A DNA stretch of 64,000 bases from an uncultured Smithella sp. (GTDB lineage: Bacteria; Desulfobacterota; Syntrophia; Syntrophales; Smithellaceae). Position numbers and translations under genes: made by a program. The notes beneath the pieces are model-generated. The model saw only the letters and a program-made list of their open reading frames with translations, searched no databases and was not told the origin of the DNA. Position 1 is the first letter of the stretch; each line of letters starts with the position of its first letter. Shown here piece by piece: positions 36,222-45,496 of this stretch. Location of the stretch: positions 64,678 to 128,677 of the forward strand of contig CAZJMX010000005.1 in assembly GCA_964547345.1 (NCBI GenBank). The letters run 5' to 3'.

Positions 36222-37829
36222 ATGAAGGTTCTTCGACTCGATGGTTTAAAACTGACTTTGGATGAAACAGAGGAATGCCTTGCGGCCAAAGCCGCAAGAG
36301 CGCTGGGCATTCCGAATGGCGATATTGTCTCCTTAAACATTATTAAAAAAGCTCTGGATGCCAGACGCAGCAGGCCGCCATATTTTGTTTATGCCGTAAA
36401 AATTATTTTGTCAGATCAGGCGGTGCTGCCGGAAAATGCATCAGAGGGAATGCAGCTACAACCGCATCAAGATGAGCCGGTCATCAAGCCGTCCCCGAAG
36501 ACCTTTGCGGTGAAAAAGCCTGTTTTAGTGATCGGAAGCGGGCCGGCTGGCCTCTTTGCCGCCTATGCTCTGGCTGTCAAAGGCCTGTCCGTGATGGTTT
36601 TGGAGAGAGGCCATCCCGTCGAAAAACGCATCAAAGATGTCGAGCTGTTTTGGGAAAAAGGCACTCTTGACCCCCAAAGTAATGTTCTTTTCGGCGAAGG
36701 GGGCGCCGGCGCCTTTTCCGACGGAAAATTGACCAGCCGAAGTAAAAACCCTTATGCGGGCTGGGTGAAAAACGTGCTGGTGGATATGGGAGCGCCTGAG
36801 TCTATTCTTACGGATGCCAAACCGCATATTGGCACAGATCGATTACGTAAGGTGCTGATCAATCTTCGGCAGAGACTTCTGGACTTGGGATGTTCTCTTC
36901 GGTTTGAAGCACAAGTGACAAATGTGATCATAAGACAGGACGCGATTGCCGCAGTGATTGTTAACGGCCAGGAAGAGATTGAGACGCAGACAGTGATTCT
37001 GGCAATGGGGCAGAGCGCCGACGATACTTACCAGGTGTTGAATGAGAACGGCGTGAAAATGGAGCCCAAACCGTTTGCGATGGGCGTGCGAGTCGAGCAT
37101 CCACAGGCGCTGATCAATGAGATGCAGTATGGACAATGGTCGGGTCATCCCAAGTTGCCACCCGCCGAATATTTTGTTACGGCTGCTGTCAGCAGATCGG
37201 ATCGCTCCGTTTACACGTTTTGTATGTGTCCCGGCGGTCAGGTGATTGGTTGTAGCGCTTTCCCCGGTTCTGTGATCACCAATGGCATGAGCAACCGGCA
37301 ACGCGATGGCGAATTTGCCAACAGCGCGGTAGTCGTAAACGTGAAGGTGGATGATTTTACGTCACGGGGGGGGCCGCTGGGAGGGTTGGAATTTCGGAAG
37401 CATTGGGAGCGAAAGGCTTTTGATGCGGGGGGCGGCAATTATTGCGCTCCGGTACAGAGGCTAACAGATTTTATAAGGAAAAAACCATCCGGTGTCGTCG
37501 GGAGGACAAGCTTTCTGCCGGGTGTAAAATCTGCTTCTTTATCGGAGGTCTTGCCGATCTTTGTCACGGACGCCCTTTGTGACGGTCTAAGACAGATGGA
37601 CAGGAAAATGTCCGGTTTTGCTTCACAGGAAGCTTACCTGATCGGCGTTGAGACCCGAACATCTTCGCCCGTGCGGATTTGCCGGGGTTCCGATGGTCAG
37701 AGTGAAAACGTGAAGGGACTTTACCCCTGTGGAGAAGGCGCGGGTTACGCCGGGGGGATCATCAGTTCGGCGCTCGACGGCATCAGGGCCGCGCAGAATG
37801 TCATTGAGGCAGCAGGCGGCTGTCAATAA
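36222..37829 (+). CDS. FAD-dependent oxidoreductase of the uncharacterised COG2509-like family
   Basis: Dinucleotide-binding VLVIGSGPAGLFAA, GEGGAGAFSDGKL and a C-terminal GEGAGYAGGI. The start is at ATG 36222 (ggag RBS), and the ORF is open from 36195. Confidence 0.8.
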   Translation: MKVLRLDGLKLTLDETEECLAAKAARALGIPNGDIVSLNIIKKALDARRSRPPYFVYAVKIILSDQAVLPENASEGMQLQPHQDEPVIKPSPKTFAVKKPVLVIGSGPAGLFAAYALAVKGLSVMVLERGHPVEKRIKDVELFWEKGTLDPQSNVLFGEGGAGAFSDGKLTSRSKNPYAGWVKNVLVDMGAPESILTDAKPHIGTDRLRKVLINLRQRLLDLGCSLRFEAQVTNVIIRQDAIAAVIVNGQEEIETQTVILAMGQSADDTYQVLNENGVKMEPKPFAMGVRVEHPQALINEMQYGQWSGHPKLPPAEYFVTAAVSRSDRSVYTFCMCPGGQVIGCSAFPGSVITNGMSNRQRDGEFANSAVVVNVKVDDFTSRGGPLGGLEFRKHWERKAFDAGGGNYCAPVQRLTDFIRKKPSGVVGRTSFLPGVKSASLSEVLPIFVTDALCDGLRQMDRKMSGFASQEAYLIGVETRTSSPVRICRGSDGQSENVKGLYPCGEGAGYAGGIISSALDGIRAAQNVIEAAGGCQ

Positions 37830-38892
37830 TGACATCGGGACCTTTTCTGAAAATCCGGCGAACGGACAAAAGTTTTGCCTTGTCCAGATTCCGAATCTTC
37901 AAATCGCCTACCGCTTCTATCCCCTGTCCGATTATTTTAGGCGCTATAACCGTGACCAGACGATTCACCAGATTATCCTTCAGCGCAGATGTAATGATTT
38001 GAGAGCCGCCCTCAATCAAAACAGAGGATATTTTGCGGGTTGCCAACATCGACAACATCTTTTTCAAATGAACATGGCCGAACTTGTCGGCGGCAACCGT
38101 GATGATTTCTGCACCTGTCGCAGCCAGTTGACGGAATTTTTTATCCGAAGCCTTTCGGGTTGTAACGATCAGTGTCGGCGTCCGGGAGAGATTTTGCATG
38201 ACGTTGGCGTCAATCTTGATTTTCAGGCCGGAGTCCACGATAATTCTCAAGGGATTGCGTCCCCGAACCCGTCTGACCGTCAGTGTCGGATTATCCGAAA
38301 GAACGGTACCGATACCCACAAGAATCGCATCATGCTCGGCTCGCAGTTTGTGCGCAAAGGCAAGGGAGGCAGGGGAACTGATCCACTGAGACCGTCCGGT
38401 TTTCGTCGCTATCCGCCCGTCGAGGGTTTGGGCATATTTCACGGTTACATAAGGCAGTCCGGTTTCCATATAATGAAAGAAGACTTCGTTGAGATTGCGG
38501 CATTCATTTTCCAAAACTCCGGTCGTTATCTCGATTCCCTCCCCTTGCAGGCAATGGATCCCCTTGCAGGAAACCAGTGGATTAGAGTCTGTCGAGCCGA
38601 TGACGACGCGTCCGATTTTATGACGGATGAGAAGATCTGTGCAGGGTGGCGTTTTGCCGTGATGACAACAGGGCTCCAAAGTTACATAAAGTGTTGCGTC
38701 TGCAACATTTTCTGTAGAGTTCCGAATTGCGTTCACCTCGGCGTGATTTAGTCCGCAGCATTCATGATAGCCCTTTCCGATAATTCGGTCTTTCTTCACG
38801 ATCACAGCTCCGACCATCGGGTTGGGGCTTGCATAACCCCTGCCCTTGGCAGCCAGCTTTAAAGCCAGTTTCATATAATGCTCATCTGTCAT
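37801..38892 (-). CDS. ribD: Bifunctional riboflavin biosynthesis deaminase/reductase RibD
   Basis: Deaminase HAEVNA...PCCHHGKTPPC and reductase GGSQIITSAL. Its 3' end overlaps the convergent FAD gene by 29 nt. Confidence 0.95.
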   Translation of the reverse strand: MTDEHYMKLALKLAAKGRGYASPNPMVGAVIVKKDRIIGKGYHECCGLNHAEVNAIRNSTENVADATLYVTLEPCCHHGKTPPCTDLLIRHKIGRVVIGSTDSNPLVSCKGIHCLQGEGIEITTGVLENECRNLNEVFFHYMETGLPYVTVKYAQTLDGRIATKTGRSQWISSPASLAFAHKLRAEHDAILVGIGTVLSDNPTLTVRRVRGRNPLRIIVDSGLKIKIDANVMQNLSRTPTLIVTTRKASDKKFRQLAATGAEIITVAADKFGHVHLKKMLSMLATRKISSVLIEGGSQIITSALKDNLVNRLVTVIAPKIIGQGIEAVGDLKIRNLDKAKLLSVRRIFRKGPDVIIDSRLLPQ

Positions 38893-38963
38893 AAATAGTA
38901 ATTACCCCAATGATTAAATCAATGCAAAGAATTTTTTTTGTGATGATAATCACAATATTTTTA

Positions 38964-38991
38964 TTGACTTCTGACGAAAAAAGAGTAGAAA
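38964..38991 (+). promoter_or_regulatory. Candidate sigma-70 promoter driving the riboswitch leader (TTGACT, 16-nt spacer, TAGAAA)
   Basis: Motif match only. It would place the transcription start near 38998. Confidence 0.3.
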
Positions 38992-38997
38992 AGTGGG

Positions 38998-39090
38998 CGA
39001 AGCTTGCAAAAGGGCAAACCGCCTGAAAAGACGGGACGCAAAGTTACTGGCCTAAGTCATGATGGGATAGGGCGGCAGGACTGCCGGGCA
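38998..39090 (+). promoter_or_regulatory. c-di-GMP-I (GEMM-I) riboswitch-like aptamer
   Basis: AAAGGGCAAACC-GCCU-GAAA-AGAC-GGGACGCAAAGUUACUGGCCUAAG... carries the hallmark GGGCAAACC, a GNRA-capped hairpin, GGGACGCAAAG and GGCCUAAG elements, in the same order as the Vibrio Vc2 aptamer as I recall it. The 3' half could not be folded confidently by eye. Confidence 0.7.
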
Positions 39091-39153
39091 TTTATGAAAT
39101 AAAGTCCAGCAATCACCAGATTATCCCGTAAAAAATGAAGAAAAGCAGAGATC

Positions 39154-39921
39154 GTGTATATGATTTTAGAATTGTTTGCTTTCATTTTTGGCGCTGTTGT
39201 CGGCAGTTTTCTGAATGTCTGCATTTTCCGCATTCCCGCAAATGATTCAATCGTTAAGCCTTTATCACAATGCCCTCATTGTCATCACCCGATCCGTTTC
39301 TACGACAATATTCCCATCATCAGCTTTATTTTTTTGCGGGCGAAATGTAGGGACTGCGGCGAAAAGATTTCCTGGCGTTATCCTCTGGTCGAACTGATTA
39401 CCGCCCTATTTGCCCTGCTGCTCTTTGTGAAATTTGGGCTGACCCTCAATTTTTTTGTGTTTTTTATTTTTACGGCCGTTTTGGTTGTCATTACCTTCAT
39501 CGACCTGGATCACCAGATTATTCCTGATGTTTTGTCTTTGCCCGGCATTCCTGTTTTTTTCCTGGCAGCAATATTTATCGTTAAAATTCCCTGGAGCGAA
39601 GCGCTTATTGGATTATTGATAGGCGGCGGCGTCCTTTTCCTCATTGCATTCGTTTATGAATTCATAACCAAACGCGAGGGCATGGGCGGGGGCGATATAA
39701 AGCTTCTGGCCATGATTGGCGGTTTCTTAGGTTGGAAATCATTGATCTTTATTCTGTTATTCAGTTCCTTTGCCGGCGCCCTGGTTGGGGGGGCGGCGAT
39801 GATTATTAACAAGAAGGATATGAAATACGCTGTGCCGTTCGGACCTTTTTTATCTGCCGCGGCAGTAGCCTACATCTTCTTAGGGGACATGTTTATGAGG
39901 TTTTTACTTTTTGGCTACTGA
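39154..39921 (+). CDS. pilD: Prepilin peptidase / N-methyltransferase (A24 family, PilD)
   Basis: GSFLNVCIFRIP, zinc-ribbon CPHCHH...CRDCG, and catalytic Asp contexts (FIDLDHQIIPD, GMGGGDIKLLAMIG). The start is GTG 39154 or ATG 39160. Confidence 0.92.
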   Translation: MYMILELFAFIFGAVVGSFLNVCIFRIPANDSIVKPLSQCPHCHHPIRFYDNIPIISFIFLRAKCRDCGEKISWRYPLVELITALFALLLFVKFGLTLNFFVFFIFTAVLVVITFIDLDHQIIPDVLSLPGIPVFFLAAIFIVKIPWSEALIGLLIGGGVLFLIAFVYEFITKREGMGGGDIKLLAMIGGFLGWKSLIFILLFSSFAGALVGGAAMIINKKDMKYAVPFGPFLSAAAVAYIFLGDMFMRFLLFGY

Positions 39922-39958
39922 GTAAAATAAATACTGTGAATAGCCGAGATTAGAAAAA

Positions 39959-39974
39959 AGGCACACGTTTTGCT
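39959..39974 (+). promoter_or_regulatory. Sigma-54 (-24/-12) type promoter upstream of the minor-pilin genes
   Basis: aGGCACacgttTTGCt. GG at 39960-61 and GC at 39972-73 have the canonical 10-nt spacing, 40 nt upstream of ATG 40013. Confidence 0.5.
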
Positions 39975-40012
39975 GTTTGTTAAGTACTGATAAGGTGTAG
40001 ATAAGGCGCATT

Positions 40013-40504
40013 ATGAAAATTAGCAATAAAAACGGATTCAGTTTAATCGAAATGATGATCGTGATAGCCGTTTTGGGAGTCGTCCTGGCGATAGCGGCGC
40101 CGAATTTTACCGAATATCGGGATCGAACCAATCTGAAGGAATCGGCGAGGGATATATCATCAGACATTGTTCTCTATAAACAAAAGGCTGTGTCTGAAAA
40201 TGTAACCTATCGGATAACATTTGATGCCGTGGGAAATAGTTATACGGTGGAGAAACAAACTTCGCCGGGCGTCGCGACTTGGGATACAGTAACAACCAAA
40301 ACCGTCGGGCAGAGTAATGCGGCAATCAAGCTTCTTTCTGCACCCTCTTTTTTCCCACACGCAGACGCGACATTAGATCTTTATTCAAGAGGGACATCAG
40401 GAAACGGCACCATTGAGATTAAGAATGATAGATTACCATTATTAAAAGCGGTTATAACAGCGACATCAATGGGGAGAGTTTATGTTAAGTATGAAGATAT
40501 TTAG
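40013..40504 (+). CDS. GspH/FimT-family pseudopilin (type IV minor pilin)
   Basis: Prepilin leader and cleavage/methylation motif KNG/FSLIEMMIVIAVLGVVLAIAAPNF. Confidence 0.8.
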   Translation: MKISNKNGFSLIEMMIVIAVLGVVLAIAAPNFTEYRDRTNLKESARDISSDIVLYKQKAVSENVTYRITFDAVGNSYTVEKQTSPGVATWDTVTTKTVGQSNAAIKLLSAPSFFPHADATLDLYSRGTSGNGTIEIKNDRLPLLKAVITATSMGRVYVKYEDI

Positions 40505-40931
40505 TAATGCTAAAGGAATATCATTGGTCGAATCAATGATTGCCGTTTTTCTGACAGGGATTGCCATTGTGTCGCTCATGCCGATGCAGACCATGTCGAT
40601 GCAAACGATGGGGAAATCCGATTATTTAGGTCGGGCGGCGGGCATTATGCAATCGGATTTGGAGAGAAAGGAACATGAATTGATGCGCACGGGGTTGGGT
40701 TTGGTCTCATTTGGAACAGTTTTAACCCCTGTCTTAGGAAGTTTCGGTGTCGCAGGTGTCGAGGGGGATGCGAATTTTTTAGTTGCCACAACAACTTCTG
40801 AATCGTCGCCAGTCACTATACCCAGGTCCTACATCGTTCACGTTCGCGTAACCTGGCCCGGCAATGCCACGGGAATTGCCAGTTCGATCAGAGTAACGCA
40901 TCAATCTAATTTTGATCCAGCTATTGAATAA
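40482..40931 (+). CDS. pilV: PilV-like minor pilin
   Basis: AKG/ISLVESMIAVFLTGIAIVSL prepilin motif. An alternative start is ATG 40491. Confidence 0.7.
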   Translation: MLSMKIFSNAKGISLVESMIAVFLTGIAIVSLMPMQTMSMQTMGKSDYLGRAAGIMQSDLERKEHELMRTGLGLVSFGTVLTPVLGSFGVAGVEGDANFLVATTTSESSPVTIPRSYIVHVRVTWPGNATGIASSIRVTHQSNFDPAIE

Positions 40932-40971
40932 CTGGATCAAAATTTTTATGAGACCGGGAAAGAGATTGATT

Positions 40972-41688
40972 ATGAGAAACAGAGGATTTTCGTTAGTCGA
41001 AGTGTTGATTGCGATGGTGGTCGGGGCGATTATCATGGCTGCTGTTTACGGTGTGATGAACATGTCTCAGCGTTCGTCATCATCGATTGACCGGAAGACC
41101 ATTACGCAGCAGGACACCCGATCTATCTTAAATCTGATGGCGGTAGAAATCCGCATGGCTTCATACAATCCGACGATGAGACCATACACCTGGTCAAATG
41201 CGCCGACCTTAGTGTCTTGTTATGTAGGAGAGGAGTCATTCAGGGGAATTCGGATTGCCAAAGACAGTCAAATTGCAGTCGCGATGGATATCACCCCTGG
41301 TTACGGAGATGGTGAGATCGGCAGCAGTCCCAATGAATACATTATTTATACCTATAATCCAGGAACTAAATCAGTTACACGAAATGTGAGTTGTGGCGGT
41401 GCTGCAGCGCTTTTAGGAGGAACAGCATTATACACCAACGTAATCAATGCGGAAGCGGGGGTTCAGATGTTTCGTTATTTCGGTGCAACCGACAATGAAA
41501 TAACGGGCAGCGTCGATGCCAATCCAAGTGCTGATAGCGGAATACCTGCCATTCGGAGGGTGTTGATTACTTTAGTTGTGGAAACGAAGGATCCCGATTT
41601 ACTGACGGGACAAACAAAAAAAATGGTTTATTCAACCAATGTAATTTTGAGGAATCATGTCAGCAATGAAAACAAAGATAATCCATAA
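40972..41688 (+). CDS. pilW: PilW-like minor pilin
   Basis: MRNRG/FSLVEVLIAMVVGAIIMAAV. The ORF is open from 40912. Confidence 0.75.
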   Translation: MRNRGFSLVEVLIAMVVGAIIMAAVYGVMNMSQRSSSSIDRKTITQQDTRSILNLMAVEIRMASYNPTMRPYTWSNAPTLVSCYVGEESFRGIRIAKDSQIAVAMDITPGYGDGEIGSSPNEYIIYTYNPGTKSVTRNVSCGGAAALLGGTALYTNVINAEAGVQMFRYFGATDNEITGSVDANPSADSGIPAIRRVLITLVVETKDPDLLTGQTKKMVYSTNVILRNHVSNENKDNP

Positions 41689-42127
41689 GCGATATCATGC
41701 ATCTGAAGGTGGCTTCGTCCTGATTGCAGCCCTTATGGCGGTGATGATCATGATGGCGGTCGGGTTTTTCTCTCTGACAGTGACGTCGCAGGACATCCGC
41801 ATTAGTGCAAGACTGGTTGGCGACCGCAAAGCTTTCTCTGCTGCTGAATCCGGTCTGCACTGGCTCACGGTATCCTTTAGCCCTGGCATGCCTGCCGTAT
41901 CAAATGAGCAAGTTGATCCGACCAACGATCCTACAGTGCGCTATTCAACTACTGTGCCGGCCATCAATCAGATCATGCCGACAGTGCCAAAGACGCGTTC
42001 TAGTGAATATAATCAGCTTGTTTATAATTCACGCGTTACAGGCCGCGATACCAGTTTCGATTCCAATGTCGTTTTGGAAATTGGGTTAGGTCATGGTAAT
42101 GTTCCGAGAGATACGGGGTATCGTTAA
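41657..42127 (+). CDS. pilX: PilX-like minor pilin (PilX N-terminal domain)
   Basis: EGG/FVLIAALMAVMIMMAVGFFSL followed by SQDIRISARLVGDRKAFSAAESGL. Confidence 0.7.
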   Translation: MSAMKTKIIHKRYHASEGGFVLIAALMAVMIMMAVGFFSLTVTSQDIRISARLVGDRKAFSAAESGLHWLTVSFSPGMPAVSNEQVDPTNDPTVRYSTTVPAINQIMPTVPKTRSSEYNQLVYNSRVTGRDTSFDSNVVLEIGLGHGNVPRDTGYR

Positions 42128-42216
42128 GTAGACTGTGTTAATGACTATTCAAATGAGCAATGTGTTGACTGGTTCAAGGGTTGTTAATCATTCACATCAT
42201 AAGGAGAATAGATAGT

Positions 42217-45200
42217 ATGTTGAGAAAAAGTACAATTTTGGGGTTTATCGTCATCCTCAACCTTCTATTATCTGCCAATGTTTTTGCCCAGGGCGATGAG
42301 GATACTTTCCAATCGGTTGCACCGGATGCTTTGGTTTTAATCGACTTGTCTGGCAGTATGGAATGGAATCCGGTGGGGGGAAGTAATATTTGGGGTGCCA
42401 ATTCTTCGTGTACTGGTACTTTTAATAGTTCAAAAACGGCTTCATATCCTTACAATTGCAGCCGGTTGGAAATAGCCAAGCGAGCGATTTTCGCTGTTTT
42501 AGACGATGATCGCAATAATGTTATCAATAGTCAGGATTCTGCAAGTTTGGGAATCAGGATCGGATACATGCGTTTTTATAACGCAAGTTCCGAAGCCTCT
42601 CCGGGTATAAGGCGGGTTCGGGATATCAGTCCTCTGGGCAGTATTGGCACAGGAACATCCTATCAGACTACATTTTGTGGGGCAGCCGCAGTCGGAAGCT
42701 GCTCTGCGCCGAGTACCGATGGAATATGTACCTCGTCTTATATGGGTACCGGCAGTGAAACTATTCGCAATGCCTGTGCGACCGGTGGAACGCCTCTACG
42801 TGCGGCATTAAAACAAGCGAAAGTATATTTAGATACGCACAAAGCAGCCGATGTACAGGCCAATTCGTGCCGGCAGAAGTTTGTTATTGTAATCACAGAT
42901 GGTGCGGATACGTATGCCTGTAGTGGAAGCGGCGCTGAATGCCAAGGGCAAATGTATGAGCGCCGAAGGGCGGTCGTTGCCGCTACCAAGGAACTGGCTG
43001 ATGCAGGCTATAAGGTGTTTGTTATCGGATTGGGTGCGGGTATGCCTTCATATCTGATCAATACGTTAAACTGGATGGCCTATTATGGCGGAACCATAAC
43101 TGATCCTACGATTACCCCTCCATCACCGGTTGGTTATTATATTCCTAACGGCTGCAATGCTGATCCTGCCGTGCCGTCGGACTGCTGCCTGGATGCGACC
43201 AATAACGCTTACGCTGCCGTTTGTTACCCGGCGGGTATCACCAGTTGTATGGTTGATGCAGCGCCACTGACTGCCACATGCTACAGTGGTGGAGCCGGCT
43301 CGTCCATCACAAATTTCAGGGCAACCAATAATGATCCCGGCTATATTTCGCTCGCGGGATACGCCTTCATCAGCGAAAACGCTGACGATTTAACCAGTGC
43401 TTTGAGAGTTGCTCTGGGTGCTATTGGGTCTACGGCTTATTCTTTTACGCAATCATCCATTCAGACGGTGCGTACCATTGATGAAAATTATCTCTATGAA
43501 GCGACGTTCACGCCTTTGATGATGACACGCAATGATTCTCTCTGGCCTGGTTCGCTCAAGCGATATGCCATCAGCGGCTTAGGTGAGATTTCCCCCACGG
43601 CGGATTGGAACGCAGGCGCAGTATTGAAATCTACGACAGCGGCCAACAGAAAAATCTATACCTATAAATCCGGAGCCATGACGGAGTTCAATACGACCAA
43701 TATCACCCAAGCGGATCTAGCACTCACCGGCCCGACGGCGGAAGCCATGAGGCAATTAACCATCTTGTTCCTTCGGGGTGGCGAACAATCGGGTGCTCAT
43801 GTCAATTGGAAGCTTGGTGATATTTTTCACAGTTCACCCATTACGATCGGAACACCATCCGCGTATTTCTACGATACGGTGGATAAAAGCGCCATTCGGG
43901 CTTTCGATACTTACCGGTTTGCCAATATTCGGACAACGGCAAATGGCAAACGCATAGTTGTCGCGGGTGCCAATGACGGTCAATTTCATGTGTTCAAGGC
44001 CGCCGACGCCGGAAGCGGAGGAGGCGCGGAGTTCTGGAGTTTTATTCCGCCGAATTTTATGCCACGACTGCCTAGTGTTGCCCATAGCACCCACCCGACA
44101 TCATGTAGCCATCAATACTTTGTTGACGGACCAACTTCTGCCTATGATGTTTGGCTGCCCGCCGCGCCAAGCAATGGGAACGCGAAGAATGCAGCGGATT
44201 GGAAGACTTTACTAATGCTTAGTGAAGGTCGCGGCGGAGTGGCCAATCTGTGGAGTTCTTCATCCTCCTGCGATACGGGGTTCAGCAGCGTTTATTCAGC
44301 TACCTATCGCTACTACTGCGGATATTATGCTTTAGACGTGACCAGTCCGACAGCCACTCCGCCAACGTTAAGATGGATCCTGGGAGGGGCGGCCGGTTTG
44401 TCTGCAACTAATGGAAGCCACCTGGGGCAACCTTGGAGTAAAATGGCCATGGGACGCGTTAGAGACGGCGCGAATGAAATTTGGCTCGGTTTTATCGGTG
44501 GTGGCTATGCGGCGACAGACTGCGCGGGAGCTGGAGTTTGTGATACAAAGGGCAAGGGCTTTTATACAGTGAAATTGACCGACGGCTCCATCTTCTGGTC
44601 TTATACGCACAGCGGCAACGACACAACGCTAGCTTATAGCATGCCGGGTCAAGCGAATATTATGGACATTGATAATGATGGTTTTATTGACAGAGCCTAC
44701 ATCGGTGATCTCGGGGGGAATGTATGGCGCTATAAATTCTGTCGGGCGCGTGACCCTGGCTCCTGCACTTGGACCGGAAAAAAGTTCTTTGATTCTACGT
44801 CCGGATTGATCAGGCCCATTTATTCGAAACCAGCTGTTGCGAGGGATCGCAAAGGAAATCTATGGGTTTATTTTGGAACGGGCAATGTCAATGATCCGAC
44901 GTCCCCTGGCACAGTTGATCGTTTTTACGCAATTAAAGATGTAAATGCCGTACAGACCTTCGTGACAAGCAATTTAAGAGATGTCACATCAACTATTTTT
45001 AATCCCTCGGATACGGAAAGAAATGGCTGGTATGTCCAGTTTCCCGCCGGGGAAAAAATGTTATCGGATTCGCTTGTTTTTGAGGGTGTTATTTACTTCA
45101 CCACCTATACGCCTCCAGCCAGTGGAAATATCTGTGATATGAGCGGTATTGCGAAACTTTATGCGATTAACTATGTGACCGGTAAAGGAATGTGGACAGA

Positions 45201-45390
45201 GGAGGGTCAGCGTTCAAAAGTTATCGGCTCGGGTGTAAGTTCTGTTCAGGTCTCCATCAATCCGGTTTCCGGCGAAGGGGAGCTTTTTGCTGTAACCAGC
45301 GTTGGGGGAACGCAAAAGGTTGATAAGCCTGTTTTGCCTCCAATCAGCGAAACTGAATTGCTTTACTGGCGGGATATGCGTATCGACTAA
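42217..45390 (+). CDS. pilY1: PilY1-like tip adhesin with an N-terminal von Willebrand A domain and a C-terminal beta-propeller
   Basis: Signal peptide MLRKSTILGFIVILNLLLSANVFA. MIDAS motif DLSGSM...GGTPL...ITDGADT. PilY1 C-terminal motifs are GANDGQFHVF and the Ca-loop-like DIDNDGFIDRAYIGDLGGNVWRY. The ORF is open from TTG 42181. Confidence 0.85.
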   Translation: MLRKSTILGFIVILNLLLSANVFAQGDEDTFQSVAPDALVLIDLSGSMEWNPVGGSNIWGANSSCTGTFNSSKTASYPYNCSRLEIAKRAIFAVLDDDRNNVINSQDSASLGIRIGYMRFYNASSEASPGIRRVRDISPLGSIGTGTSYQTTFCGAAAVGSCSAPSTDGICTSSYMGTGSETIRNACATGGTPLRAALKQAKVYLDTHKAADVQANSCRQKFVIVITDGADTYACSGSGAECQGQMYERRRAVVAATKELADAGYKVFVIGLGAGMPSYLINTLNWMAYYGGTITDPTITPPSPVGYYIPNGCNADPAVPSDCCLDATNNAYAAVCYPAGITSCMVDAAPLTATCYSGGAGSSITNFRATNNDPGYISLAGYAFISENADDLTSALRVALGAIGSTAYSFTQSSIQTVRTIDENYLYEATFTPLMMTRNDSLWPGSLKRYAISGLGEISPTADWNAGAVLKSTTAANRKIYTYKSGAMTEFNTTNITQADLALTGPTAEAMRQLTILFLRGGEQSGAHVNWKLGDIFHSSPITIGTPSAYFYDTVDKSAIRAFDTYRFANIRTTANGKRIVVAGANDGQFHVFKAADAGSGGGAEFWSFIPPNFMPRLPSVAHSTHPTSCSHQYFVDGPTSAYDVWLPAAPSNGNAKNAADWKTLLMLSEGRGGVANLWSSSSSCDTGFSSVYSATYRYYCGYYALDVTSPTATPPTLRWILGGAAGLSATNGSHLGQPWSKMAMGRVRDGANEIWLGFIGGGYAATDCAGAGVCDTKGKGFYTVKLTDGSIFWSYTHSGNDTTLAYSMPGQANIMDIDNDGFIDRAYIGDLGGNVWRYKFCRARDPGSCTWTGKKFFDSTSGLIRPIYSKPAVARDRKGNLWVYFGTGNVNDPTSPGTVDRFYAIKDVNAVQTFVTSNLRDVTSTIFNPSDTERNGWYVQFPAGEKMLSDSLVFEGVIYFTTYTPPASGNICDMSGIAKLYAINYVTGKGMWTEEGQRSKVIGSGVSSVQVSINPVSGEGELFAVTSVGGTQKVDKPVLPPISETELLYWRDMRID

Positions 45391-45430
45391 CAAAAGATAG
45401 ACCGAAATTTAGAGGAATAGTTCAACTGGC

Positions 45431-45472
45431 AATGACAAGCGGCTAATGATAAAAGCCGCTTGTCATTTTTTT
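45431..45472 (+). terminator. Rho-independent terminator ending the pilus operon
   Basis: A 13-bp stem (aatgacaagcggc / gccgcttgtcatt) followed by TTTTT. Confidence 0.85.
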
Positions 45473-45496
45473 ATATGAAAGGTTTTGATATTGTCC

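Noticed and set aside
38893-38963. Looked for an FMN riboswitch upstream of ribD (minus strand).
   Set aside because: The ribD-proximal part of the spacer is AT-rich and has none of the conserved FMN-element blocks. The structured RNA in this spacer is on the opposite strand and matches GEMM-I instead.
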